Assembly: GCA_019244185.1 (NCBI GenBank)
Contig: JAFATB010000022.1
Span: 256,001-320,000 of the forward strand
Length of the DNA stretch: 64,000 bases
Origin: Acidobacteriota bacterium
GTDB lineage: Bacteria > Acidobacteriota > Thermoanaerobaculia > Gp7-AA8
Direction: 5' to 3'
How positions within the stretch are numbered: position 1 is the first letter of the stretch; every line of letters begins with the position of its first letter. Below, piece after piece: positions 45,531 through 54,787 of the stretch. The notes under the pieces were generated by a model. That model was not told where the DNA came from and searched no databases. It worked only from the letters and a program-made list of their open reading frames with translations. The position numbers were made by a program, and so were the translations under genes.

Positions 45531-45908
45531 ATGGAGAACGCCAATTTTCTGGTCGTCGAAGACTCGCCGACCATGCGGCAGTTGATCTCGTTTTCCTTGA
45601 AGCGTTTCAAGAACGCGAAGATCATCGAGGCGGTCGACGGCGTCGACGCGCTGAAGAAATTGTCCGGTCCCGACAAGATCGATCTGATCCTCACCGACAT
45701 CAACATGCCGGTGATGGACGGACTGAAGCTCGTGTCGCTCGTCCGCCAAAACTCGCAGCTCCGGAACATCCCGATCATCATCATCACCACCGAGGGTGCG
45801 GAAGAGGATCGCGAGCGCGGCCTGGCGCTCGGCGCGAACGCGTACATCAGCAAGCCGATCCAGAGCTCGCATCTGATCAAGACCATCTCCGAGCTGCTCT
45901 CGGTCTGA
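45531..45908 (+). CDS. cheY: Single-domain response regulator (CheY-like)
   Basis: LVVEDS, TDINMPVMDGL, TT, YISKPI. Confidence 0.88.
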   Translation: MENANFLVVEDSPTMRQLISFSLKRFKNAKIIEAVDGVDALKKLSGPDKIDLILTDINMPVMDGLKLVSLVRQNSQLRNIPIIIITTEGAEEDRERGLALGANAYISKPIQSSHLIKTISELLSV

Positions 45909-45912
45909 GGCG

Positions 45913-47307
45913 ATGTCGCGCGAGCGGCGCATCGGTCTGCTCGCGGTTTCCGGCGGTCTTCTTTTCCTCGCAGCGCGCATTCCGCTGCTGGTCGTGCGTC
46001 CGGCGTTCTACGACGAGCGCTTCACGATGTGGCTCGTCGCGCAGTCGCCGTCGCAGATTCTGGCCGCGCTGCGGCACGACTCGGGGCCGCCGCTGTATTA
46101 CCTCCTCGTGCATTTCCTCGGCGCTCGGTCGCTCGTCGCGATCCGCGCGATCTCGTTGGTCGCGGCGGCGGGAGCGTGGATCGCGATTGCATGCGCGCGG
46201 AGAGTGGGGGAGTGGCGCTGGCTGGCGTGCATCGCGCTGGCGGTGTACCCGCCGGCGGCGCTCATGGCCATCGACGCTCGCGCGTACGCGCTCTGCGCGC
46301 TCTTCGTGACGCTCGCGCTCGTGGCGTGGGACGCCGGACGCGTCGACCTCGCGGCGCTCGCGCTCGTGGGCGCGGCGTACACGCACGACTACGCGTTCTT
46401 CTTTTTCCCGCTGCTGCTTGTGGCGGCGCGTGAGCGTCGCGTACGCGCGGCACTCGCGTTCCTCGGAGCGACGATCCTCGCGATTCCGGCGCTCTTGCTC
46501 GCGCGCGTGCAGCCGGCGGAGGCGATCGCGTGGCTGCGCGAGCTGCAACTGCCGCCGTGGCAGCCGCTGCTGAACGTGAGCTTCGCGGGGCGCTACGCGC
46601 AATCGCTCTTTCCGCCGTCGCCACCGATCGTCGTCGCGATTGCGCTGGCGATCGTCATCACGGCGGCGGTCTGCTCGCGTTCGCGTGCATTCGCGGTGGC
46701 GGTGGCGATTCCGCTGGCGTGCGCGATCGGTTTCTCGCTCGCCGGACATGGCGTGTACTTTCCGCTGCGCTTCGAGTCGGTGCTCGCGCCGGCGTTCGTG
46801 TTGTGGTTCGCGGCGGCGCTCGGGCGTTGTTCGCCGCGCATGCGGCTCGTGCTCTTCGGCGGCACGGTCGCGATCGGCGCGTGCACGATTGCGAACGGGA
46901 TTCGCGACCTCGCGAGTCGCCCGAGCGATCCGTTCGCACTCGCGGCGCGCGCAGCCGTCGCGCATGTCGCGCCGCGGGAGCCGCTCGTGGCGAGCGGCTT
47001 TCTCTGGCTGGAAACGGTTTCCGCGGGACGCGCGAACGCGATCGCGTTGCCGCGCGAACAGGCCGTGCATCCCGGCTGGCGGGCGAGGAACGGCGTGACG
47101 GCGAGCGAGCTCGACGCGCTGCCGGACGACTTCGTCTGGCTCGGCGAACGCGGCGCGCCGGAACTGCGCGCGCTCGCGTCGCGGTTCGCGCTGCAGCGTC
47201 TTTACGTGAGTCCCGAGGCGCTCGTGCTGCGCGCGAGGCGCCCGCGGGCATTTCCACGCTTGACCGGTACGTTACACTCTGACGCGCATGCCCCACTTCA
47301 TTACTGA
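45913..47307 (+). CDS. GT-C fold (PMT/ArnT-like) membrane glycosyltransferase
   Basis: 'FYDE', 'HDSGPPLYYLLVH', 'ARAYAL', 'YTH'; multiple TMs. Confidence 0.7.
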   Translation: MSRERRIGLLAVSGGLLFLAARIPLLVVRPAFYDERFTMWLVAQSPSQILAALRHDSGPPLYYLLVHFLGARSLVAIRAISLVAAAGAWIAIACARRVGEWRWLACIALAVYPPAALMAIDARAYALCALFVTLALVAWDAGRVDLAALALVGAAYTHDYAFFFFPLLLVAARERRVRAALAFLGATILAIPALLLARVQPAEAIAWLRELQLPPWQPLLNVSFAGRYAQSLFPPSPPIVVAIALAIVITAAVCSRSRAFAVAVAIPLACAIGFSLAGHGVYFPLRFESVLAPAFVLWFAAALGRCSPRMRLVLFGGTVAIGACTIANGIRDLASRPSDPFALAARAAVAHVAPREPLVASGFLWLETVSAGRANAIALPREQAVHPGWRARNGVTASELDALPDDFVWLGERGAPELRALASRFALQRLYVSPEALVLRARRPRAFPRLTGTLHSDAHAPLHY

Positions 47308-47761
47308 CAAGTGCATCGGCTGCTCGGTCTGCGAGATCAAGTGCCCGACGAACACGATCTGGGGTGAGAGCAAGGGCCAGTACTACATCCATCCCGAGCG
47401 CTGCATCGACTGCTCGGTCTGCGGCATCTACTGCCCGGTCGACGCGATCCAGAACCAGCACGGCACGTTCATCAACCGCATCAAGCCGAAGGACATCCCC
47501 AAGGCGCAGGTCATCAAAGACCTCTGCACCGGCTGCGAGTTCTGCGTCGACATCTGCCCGTTCGAATGCATCCGCATGATCGACGCGGACGACGAGACGC
47601 TCGCGAACCACTACAAGATCGCCTTCGTCGACAAGAACAAATGCGTCGCCTGCCGCCTCTGCGAGAGCGTCTGCGACAAAGACGCGATCGTCGTCCCCGA
47701 AGCGCCGACGCAGCTCAAGACATACCTGCCGGACTTTGTGGTGATGGGAACGGGGAGATGA
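47288..47761 (+). CDS. Polyferredoxin with four CxxCxxCxxxC motifs
   Basis: CIGCSVCEIKCP, CIDCSVCGIYCP, CTGCEFCVDICP, CVACRLCESVCD. Confidence 0.92.
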   Translation: MPHFITDKCIGCSVCEIKCPTNTIWGESKGQYYIHPERCIDCSVCGIYCPVDAIQNQHGTFINRIKPKDIPKAQVIKDLCTGCEFCVDICPFECIRMIDADDETLANHYKIAFVDKNKCVACRLCESVCDKDAIVVPEAPTQLKTYLPDFVVMGTGR

Positions 47762-47770
47762 GTAAGAAAG

Positions 47771-47885
47771 ATGAATGAAGAACGCAGAACGCAGAATGAA
47801 GAATTGAGAAAGAGGATCGCGCGCGCGCAACGCGCGCGCCACCACAATTCTTCATTCTTCATTCTGCGTTCTTCATTCTTCATTC
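47771..47885. repeat. Heptamer-built palindromic element, copy 3
   Basis: TGAATGAAGAACGCAGAACGCAGAATGAAGAATTGAGAAA identical to copy 2; central GCGCGC hairpin; CACCACA-x-TTCTTCATTCT right arm. Confidence 0.88.
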
Positions 47886-47900
47886 GCTTCTAACCCCCGC

Positions 47901-48752
47901 ATGTCCGACGTCCCCAAAGAGTCTCCCCGCGCCATCCTCTTCCAATTCGTCTTCTTTCCCCTCGGCATCGTCGCCGTCGCGGTCGGGATCTTTTTTCTGT
48001 TCGGCAAGCTCGCGTCGGACGAGCAGACGGTGCCGGATTACCTCAATGAGGTCCGCAGCGGCGGGCGGCACGAGCGGTGGCAGGCGGCGTATCAGCTCTC
48101 GCAGCTGATCAACGCGGGGCAGGCGAAGAAGTATCCGCATCTGGTCGACGACGTCGAGGCGGCGTATCGCGACGCGAAAGGCGACGATCCGCGCATCCGG
48201 CGCTACCTCAGCATGGTCCTCGGCAATCTCGGCGACCGGCGCGCGACGCCGCTGCTCGTCGAGGCGCTCGGCGATCCCGATCCCGAGACGCGCATTTATG
48301 CCGCACTGGCGCTCGGACGTCTGCGCGATCCGGCCGCCGTTCCGCCGCTCCTGAAGTCCTTCTCGACCGACGAGCGGGACATCCGGAAAGCCGATGCGTA
48401 CGCGCTCGGCGAGATCGGCGACGCGCGCGCGGTGCCGGCGCTCGAAACCGCGCTCAACGACGAGATCGCCGACGTCCGCTACAACGCCGCGATCGCGCTG
48501 GCGCGCTTCGGCGATACGCACGCGATCGGCGTCGTGCGCGAGATGCTCGATCGCTCGCGTCTCGATCGCGTGGCCGCGATGCGACCCGATCAGAAAGAGG
48601 AGATCGTGCTCGCCGCGATTCCGGCGCTGCTCAAGATCGCGCCCGAAGAAGTGCCCGCGCTGCTCGGACCGCTCGCCGAAAAAGATCCGTCGCTGCAGGT
48701 GCGCGCGGCCGCGAAGCAGGCCCTCGCCGAACGCGCCGCCGCGACGCGCTGA
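47901..48752 (+). CDS. Membrane-anchored HEAT repeat protein
   Basis: N-terminal TM, 'ERWQAAYQLSQ', HEAT repeats. Confidence 0.82.
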   Translation: MSDVPKESPRAILFQFVFFPLGIVAVAVGIFFLFGKLASDEQTVPDYLNEVRSGGRHERWQAAYQLSQLINAGQAKKYPHLVDDVEAAYRDAKGDDPRIRRYLSMVLGNLGDRRATPLLVEALGDPDPETRIYAALALGRLRDPAAVPPLLKSFSTDERDIRKADAYALGEIGDARAVPALETALNDEIADVRYNAAIALARFGDTHAIGVVREMLDRSRLDRVAAMRPDQKEEIVLAAIPALLKIAPEEVPALLGPLAEKDPSLQVRAAAKQALAERAAATR

Positions 48753-48769
48753 CGAGCGCGTCAACGGCA

Positions 48770-48798
48770 TTGACAGTCTTTCCGTTTTCACCGATAGT
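48770..48798 (+). promoter_or_regulatory. Sigma70-type promoter of the respiratory operon
   Basis: TTGACA-N17-GATAGT, 32 nt upstream of the Rieske ATG. Confidence 0.6.
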
Positions 48799-48830
48799 TG
48801 CGCGACCGTAATCCGTCTCAGAAATCTTGC

Positions 48831-49403
48831 ATGTCTGAGCCCATCACGCCCTATCAGGTGGCCCCGAAAACTCCGCTCGCGGGGAGTGCCGCGTCGGAGA
48901 TTCGCGAGCAGGGGGAGATGACCCGCCGCTCGTTCCCGCTGGTGCTCACCACGGCGTGGGCCGCGCTCGCGGCGGCGGTCGGCGGACTGACCACCATCTT
49001 CGTCCGCTTCCTCTTCCCGAACGTCCTCTTCGAGCCCGTGCAGAAGTTCAAGGCCGGCTTTCCCGCCGATTACTCGGTGGGCGAAGTCGACGAGCGCTGG
49101 AAGGACAAGTACGGCATCTGGATGGTGCGCAATCAGGAGATGATGTACGCGCTCATCACGACGTGCACGCATCTCGGCTGCACGCCGAACTGGCTGCCGT
49201 CGCAGAACAAGTTCAAGTGCCCGTGCCACGGGAGCGGCTACTACCGGACCGGCGTCAACTTCGAAGGTCCGGCGCCGCGCCCGCTCGAGCGCGCGAAGAT
49301 TTTCATCGACGCCGCCGACGGCCAGATCGTCGTCGACAAGTCGGTGCAATTCCACCAGGAACGCGGTGAATGGACCAACGCTGATTCCTTTCTAAAAGTC
49401 TAG
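48831..49403 (+). CDS. qcrA: Rieske [2Fe-2S] subunit of a Rieske/cytochrome b complex
   Basis: Tat-like TRRSF plus TM; CTHLGC and CPCHGS boxes; GPAPRPL. Confidence 0.93.
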   Translation: MSEPITPYQVAPKTPLAGSAASEIREQGEMTRRSFPLVLTTAWAALAAAVGGLTTIFVRFLFPNVLFEPVQKFKAGFPADYSVGEVDERWKDKYGIWMVRNQEMMYALITTCTHLGCTPNWLPSQNKFKCPCHGSGYYRTGVNFEGPAPRPLERAKIFIDAADGQIVVDKSVQFHQERGEWTNADSFLKV

Positions 49404-49429
49404 GTAGCGCGCTGTAACGCGGGGGATGG

Positions 49430-50212
49430 ATGACTCTGAAGCAAGTTCAGGAAGGCATCGTCAACTCTCAGGTCTGGAAGTCGATCTTCCGGGTCGGCAT
49501 CCCCAACACCAACCGCAAGCGCGTCCTGGCCGTCCTCGGCTCCCTCATCCTCCATCTCCATCCCGTCAAAGTGCGCCGCAGCGGCGTGCGCATGAGCTAC
49601 ACGTGGTGCATGGGCGGCACCTCGTTCTTCCTCTTCCTCGTCGAGACGGTCACCGGCCTCTTGCTGATGTTCTACTACCGGCCGACGATCGAATACGCCT
49701 TCACCGACATCATGGACCTGCGCGAGCAGGCGCCGTTCGGGATCATGCGCGAGATGCACCGCTGGGGCGCGCACGCGATGGTCATCGCCGTCTGGCTGCA
49801 CATGTTCCGCGTCTTCATGACCGGTTCGTACAAGCCGCCCCGTGAGTTCAACTGGAACGTCGGCGTCATCCTCCTCGTGCTGACGCTGCTCCTCTCGTTC
49901 ACCGGTTACCTGCTGCCGTGGGATCAGCTCGCGATCTGGGCGATCACGGTCGGCTCGAACATGGCCCGCGCCAGCCCCGGCGCCGGAACGGAAGGGCCGA
50001 TGTCATCACTGATGAAGCTGGGGGACGTGCCGCTGATCCACGCCGGCGACGACGCGCGCTTCGCGCTCATCGCCGGACGCTCGATCGGCGCGGCCACGCT
50101 CCTGCGCTTCTACGTGCTGCACTGCATGGTCATTCCGCTGGCCGCGGGGTTCCTCATGGCCATTCACTTCTGGCGCGTGCGGAAGGACGGAGGGATTTCC
50201 GGCCCGCTGTAG
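49430..50212 (+). CDS. qcrB: Cytochrome b6-like N-terminal subunit
   Basis: WCMGG (heme ci Cys position), MHRWGAH...LHMFRVF, TGYLLPWDQ, RFYVLH...AIHF. Confidence 0.92.
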   Translation: MTLKQVQEGIVNSQVWKSIFRVGIPNTNRKRVLAVLGSLILHLHPVKVRRSGVRMSYTWCMGGTSFFLFLVETVTGLLLMFYYRPTIEYAFTDIMDLREQAPFGIMREMHRWGAHAMVIAVWLHMFRVFMTGSYKPPREFNWNVGVILLVLTLLLSFTGYLLPWDQLAIWAITVGSNMARASPGAGTEGPMSSLMKLGDVPLIHAGDDARFALIAGRSIGAATLLRFYVLHCMVIPLAAGFLMAIHFWRVRKDGGISGPL

Positions 50213-50233
50213 GGCGGGCCGGAGGAATCGACG

Positions 50234-51457
50234 ATGACGTTCCTCAAAAACTTCATCAACGTCCTGTCGGTCGCGTCCATCTCCTTCATCCTGCTGTCGT
50301 CCGTCTTCGCCATGCTGGTGTACTTCTGTCTGCTCGACGGAAGGGTGAAGACGAAAGGCGGGACGGGCTTCCTCGTCTTCGGCGCGATCCTCGTGGTGGC
50401 CGGACTCTTCGTCCGGCCGCTTCTCTATCTGGCCGTGGCCTACTTCCTCGTGCTGTGGGCGCTCGCGAAGATCGGACCGCGCCTGTGGGAGCCGAAGGTC
50501 GGCAAGTGGCTGCTCATCGCGGGCCTCGGCGGCTTCGCGCTGTCGATGTTCGATCCGAACTTCTACCTGATCGCCGCCAAGCCCGACAACGTGCCGATCG
50601 TGGCGATGATCTTCCTCCTGGCCATCTTCACGTGGATCGCGCTGCGCAAGGCGTATCTCAACGACCACGCCATCCTCGCCGGCGGCATCCCGTACGAGAA
50701 GACCGAGTCGGACGAGAAGCTCTTCACCTGGCCGGATCTCGTCTACACCGAGATGCTCTGCATGATCCTCCTCACCATCGTCATGGTGGTGTGGTCGGTG
50801 GGGCTCCGCGCGCCGCTCGAGGAAGCGGCCAACCCGACGTCGTCTCCCAATCCCGCGAAAGCGCCGTGGTACTTCCTCGGCCTGCAGGAGATGCTGGTCT
50901 ACTTCGACCCGTGGCTCGCCGGCGTGGTGCTGCCGACGCTCATCATCGTCGGGCTGATGGCCATCCCTTACATTGATACCAATCCAAAGGGCAACGGCTA
51001 CTACGCCTTCCGCGAGCGCAAGTGGGAGATCGGCGTCTTCCTCTACGGCTTCCTCGTGCTCTGGTCGTTCCTCATCATCACCGGAACGTTCCTGCGAGGT
51101 CCCAACTGGAACTTCTTCGGGCCCTACGAATACTGGGACCCGAACAAGCTCGAGCCTCTGGTCAACGTCGACCTCTCGGAGCTCGTTTGGGTCAAGCTGA
51201 TGGCGATGCCGCTGCCGAAGCTGTGGGTCATCCGCGAGGCGCCCGGCATCCTTATCGTGCTGCTCTACTTTGCACTCGCGCCCGCGCTCGCCGCGCGGCC
51301 GTTCCGCCGCTTCTATCTCAAGATGGGCGGGCCGCGATACTACGTCGGCGCGTTCCTGTTCCTCTTCATGCTCGCGCTGCCGATCAAGATGGTCCTGCGC
51401 TGGCTGTTCAACCTCAAATACCTCGTGCACATCCAGGAGATCTTTTTCAACATCTGA
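50234..51457 (+). CDS. Subunit IV-like (cytochrome b C-terminal) protein with extra N-terminal TMs
   Basis: 'WPDLVY', 'PLEEAANPTSSPNPAKAPWYFLGLQE' at the PEWY-equivalent position. Confidence 0.85.
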   Translation: MTFLKNFINVLSVASISFILLSSVFAMLVYFCLLDGRVKTKGGTGFLVFGAILVVAGLFVRPLLYLAVAYFLVLWALAKIGPRLWEPKVGKWLLIAGLGGFALSMFDPNFYLIAAKPDNVPIVAMIFLLAIFTWIALRKAYLNDHAILAGGIPYEKTESDEKLFTWPDLVYTEMLCMILLTIVMVVWSVGLRAPLEEAANPTSSPNPAKAPWYFLGLQEMLVYFDPWLAGVVLPTLIIVGLMAIPYIDTNPKGNGYYAFRERKWEIGVFLYGFLVLWSFLIITGTFLRGPNWNFFGPYEYWDPNKLEPLVNVDLSELVWVKLMAMPLPKLWVIREAPGILIVLLYFALAPALAARPFRRFYLKMGGPRYYVGAFLFLFMLALPIKMVLRWLFNLKYLVHIQEIFFNI

Positions 51458-51489
51458 CCGCGCCCTGACGACGACACTGCACTGACGCG

Positions 51490-54400
51490 ATGAAACCGCA
51501 AGAGCCCATTCCGCACAACTACCCGATGAGGAAGCTCAACCTCATCTTCGCGGTGTCCAGCATCGGTCTGCTGCTGGTCACCGGCGTGATGGTGTTCTAC
51601 GACTACATCCGCGGCTGGAAGTGGTACCAGCTCGAGTTCAACCGCCTGCAGGCCGACCGCATCGAGCAGGAGCTCAACGCCGCAAACGACGCCACGACGC
51701 GCAAGCGCCTCGCCGAGCTCGACGCGGAGATGAAGCAGGGACAGGTCGAGATCGCGAAGAACCGCGATCAGTACCTCCTCGTGCAGAAAGAGCTCGACGA
51801 CTGGGAAGGGCAGCACTACGCCGCCGACCAGGACTACCGCTTCGCCAAAGCGAAGCTCGACGCGCAGCGCTACCAGCTCGAGACCTCGGTTCTCCAGCAC
51901 CGCGCCGACTCCGCGCAGCAGCAGCGCACCTACGACGCGATGCTCGCGCACGTCAACGAGCTCAATCTGCGCCTTCAGCGCGTCACGCACGACCGCGACG
52001 CCGTCCGCGCGCGCCTCGACCGCTTCCTCAGCCGCATCAAGGAGCTCGAGGACCGCAAGAAAGAGCTCACCGCCAACATCGATCTTTTCAACAAGCAGCT
52101 CGGCAACGTGGAGCTCGCGTCGAAGCGCAGCATCCTCAATCTGCCGATGCTCGACTTCATCAACCCGACCCTGAAGATCGATCAGGTCGTCCTCGGCGAT
52201 CTCTTCATCGACATGAACTACATGTCGGTGCCGCGCGTCGACCGCTGCCAGACCTGCCACCGCGCCATCGACCGCCCCGGCTTCGAGTCGAAGAAGGAAG
52301 CCGAGCGCCTCATCACCGAACTGCAGGGGAGGCTCGATCGCAACCTCATCCAGCCGACCAAACGCGCCGACACTGAAGATCGCATCGCGCAGCTCAAGCG
52401 CATCGTCGACGCGAAGCAGGACATCCTGAATCCCTTCCGGACGCATCCGCGTCTGGACGTCTTCGTCGGCTCGGCGTCTCCCCATCCGCTGCTCGAGTAC
52501 GGCTGTACGTCCTGCCATCGCGGGCAGGACCGCGCCACGGAGTTCAGCCGCGCCGGACATACGCCCGCGAGCCTGCGCATGCTGCAGCGCTGGGAGAAGT
52601 CGACGAACCCGCTCTTCCCCGGACCGTGGGACTACAAGAAGCGCAACTGGGGCTTCGCGGAGAATCCGTTCCTCGAGACGCCGATGTATCCGCGCCAGTA
52701 CTACCAGGCCGGCTGCCTCAAGTGCCACGCCGGCCAGATGGAAGTCGACAGCGGCGACGAGATCAACAAGGCCACGCACATCGTGGAGCTGTACGGCTGC
52801 CACGCCTGCCACAAGATCAACAACTGGCGCTTCACCGACCTGCGCAAGCCGGGACCGAACCTCGACGGCATCGGCGAGAAGACAACGCCGGAATGGGCGT
52901 TCCGCTGGATCTCGAATCCGAGCTCGTTCCGCCCCACGACGCGCATGCCGTCGTTCTTCTTCCAGCGCAACATGATCGGGCCGGCCGTTCCGCCGCGCGA
53001 GCGCGAGCAGAACATCCGCTACCAGAACGCCGAGATCCATTCGATCGTCACGTACCTCTTCTCGAAGTCGACGCATCGCGCGTGGTCATCGCCGCCGAAC
53101 GGCGACGCCGCGCGCGGCCAGGAGCTCGTCTCCACGATCGGCTGCATGGCCTGTCACGTCGCGCAGGACACGGTGAAAGACGACAAGGGCGTCGTGCGCG
53201 TCGCGCGCCGCGACGACTTCCCGCTCGAGCGCAACTACGGCTTCAACCTCGTCGGCACCGGCACCAAGACGCACGCGAGCTGGATCTACAACTGGATCCG
53301 CAATCCGAAGGCGTACTACGCGACCGCGCCGATGCCGAGCCTGCGCCTCAGCGAACAGGAAGCGGCCGACATCACCGCGTTCCTCGTGCTGCAGCAGAAG
53401 CCGCGCTTCATGCAGACGCCGATTCCGCCGGTCGACCGCGCCGCGGTGCACGATCTCGCGAAGGGCTACCTCATCAACACGATGACCGATGTGGAAGCCG
53501 AGGCGAAGCTGCGGTCGATGCCGATGCAGGAGCAGCTCGTGTACCTCGGGCAGCGCAGCATCGAGAAATACGGCTGCTACTCCTGCCACGAGATCAAAGG
53601 CTTCGAAGGTCTCAAGCCGATCGGGACCGAGCTCACGATCGAAGGCTCGAAGGCGCCGCACCTCTTCGACTTCGGGTTCGTGCACGAGTACACGCACGAG
53701 GACGGCGAGAAGCAGCACATCCTGCACAACGTGCCGTCGTGGGTCTACAACAAGGTCCGCAGCCCGCGCATCTACGACGACGAGCGCACGAAGCCGTACA
53801 ACGACAAGCTGAAGATGCCAAACTTCCATCTCAGCGAAGAGGAAGCGCGGCTCGTCACGACGGTCGTCCTCGGTCTCACGAAAGAGAAAGTCGCCGCGAA
53901 CCGCATGGCCGCGGCCGACCCGCGCCTTCGCGCCGTCGAAGAGTCGCGGAAAGTCATCTCGCAGCACAACTGCCGCGGATGCCACGTCGTCAACCGCAAC
54001 GGCCGCGCGATCGCGGCGCTGATCAACGACCCGAACTACCTGCCGCCGGACCTCACGCCGGAAGGCGGGCGCGCGCAGTCGCCGTGGCTCTTCAGCTTCC
54101 TCAAGGATCCGACGGTCACGAAGATCCGTCCGTGGCTGCACGTGCGCATGCCGACGTTCCAGTTCACGGATTCGGAAGCGGCCACGCTCGTCGGCGGCTT
54201 TGCGGCGGACGGCAGCCAGACGCAGTTCGACACGATGCGCTATCAGACCGTGCCGCAGCAGAACGCCGCGATCGGACGCGAAGTCTTCGCGATGCTGCGC
54301 TGCTCGCAGTGCCACAGCGTAACGCCGGTCGATCCCGCGAATCCGCCGCTGCCGAACGCCGCGGACTCGCAGTCGCTCGCGCCGAACCTGACGCTGGCGA

Positions 54401-54783
54401 AACTGCGCCTGCGCCACGACTGGATCGCGGACTGGATCCGCCGTCCGGACGAGATGATCCCCGGCACGCGCATGCCGACGAACTTCCCGCGCGACGCGCA
54501 GACGGGCGGCTTCCAGTCGCCGCTCGCGCTGGCCATCGACACGCCGCAATTCGCCGCGCACAAGGCCGCGCTCCTGCCGTACTTCCAGGACGAGCAGGCG
54601 CTGCGCAAGACCATGGCCGACGCCGTCGCGCTGACCAACTATCTGCGCGACTACATCTGGAGCATTGGAATCGATCAGATGCGCGCCCCCGGCAGCGGGC
54701 CGGGTGCGCCGCTCGCGCCGGCGAATCCGCAGACGCCGTCCACGCCGTCCGCGCCCGCCGCCACCACCATCGCAAGGAGATGA
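51490..54783 (+). CDS. Membrane-anchored octaheme cytochrome c with N-terminal coiled coil
   Basis: Eight CxxCH: CQTCH, CTSCH, CLKCH, CHACH, CMACH, CYSCH, CRGCH, CSQCH; repeated class-I-like 'W..NP....MP' units. Confidence 0.92.
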   Translation: MKPQEPIPHNYPMRKLNLIFAVSSIGLLLVTGVMVFYDYIRGWKWYQLEFNRLQADRIEQELNAANDATTRKRLAELDAEMKQGQVEIAKNRDQYLLVQKELDDWEGQHYAADQDYRFAKAKLDAQRYQLETSVLQHRADSAQQQRTYDAMLAHVNELNLRLQRVTHDRDAVRARLDRFLSRIKELEDRKKELTANIDLFNKQLGNVELASKRSILNLPMLDFINPTLKIDQVVLGDLFIDMNYMSVPRVDRCQTCHRAIDRPGFESKKEAERLITELQGRLDRNLIQPTKRADTEDRIAQLKRIVDAKQDILNPFRTHPRLDVFVGSASPHPLLEYGCTSCHRGQDRATEFSRAGHTPASLRMLQRWEKSTNPLFPGPWDYKKRNWGFAENPFLETPMYPRQYYQAGCLKCHAGQMEVDSGDEINKATHIVELYGCHACHKINNWRFTDLRKPGPNLDGIGEKTTPEWAFRWISNPSSFRPTTRMPSFFFQRNMIGPAVPPREREQNIRYQNAEIHSIVTYLFSKSTHRAWSSPPNGDAARGQELVSTIGCMACHVAQDTVKDDKGVVRVARRDDFPLERNYGFNLVGTGTKTHASWIYNWIRNPKAYYATAPMPSLRLSEQEAADITAFLVLQQKPRFMQTPIPPVDRAAVHDLAKGYLINTMTDVEAEAKLRSMPMQEQLVYLGQRSIEKYGCYSCHEIKGFEGLKPIGTELTIEGSKAPHLFDFGFVHEYTHEDGEKQHILHNVPSWVYNKVRSPRIYDDERTKPYNDKLKMPNFHLSEEEARLVTTVVLGLTKEKVAANRMAAADPRLRAVEESRKVISQHNCRGCHVVNRNGRAIAALINDPNYLPPDLTPEGGRAQSPWLFSFLKDPTVTKIRPWLHVRMPTFQFTDSEAATLVGGFAADGSQTQFDTMRYQTVPQQNAAIGREVFAMLRCSQCHSVTPVDPANPPLPNAADSQSLAPNLTLAKLRLRHDWIADWIRRPDEMIPGTRMPTNFPRDAQTGGFQSPLALAIDTPQFAAHKAALLPYFQDEQALRKTMADAVALTNYLRDYIWSIGIDQMRAPGSGPGAPLAPANPQTPSTPSAPAATTIARR

Positions 54784-54787
54784 ACGG

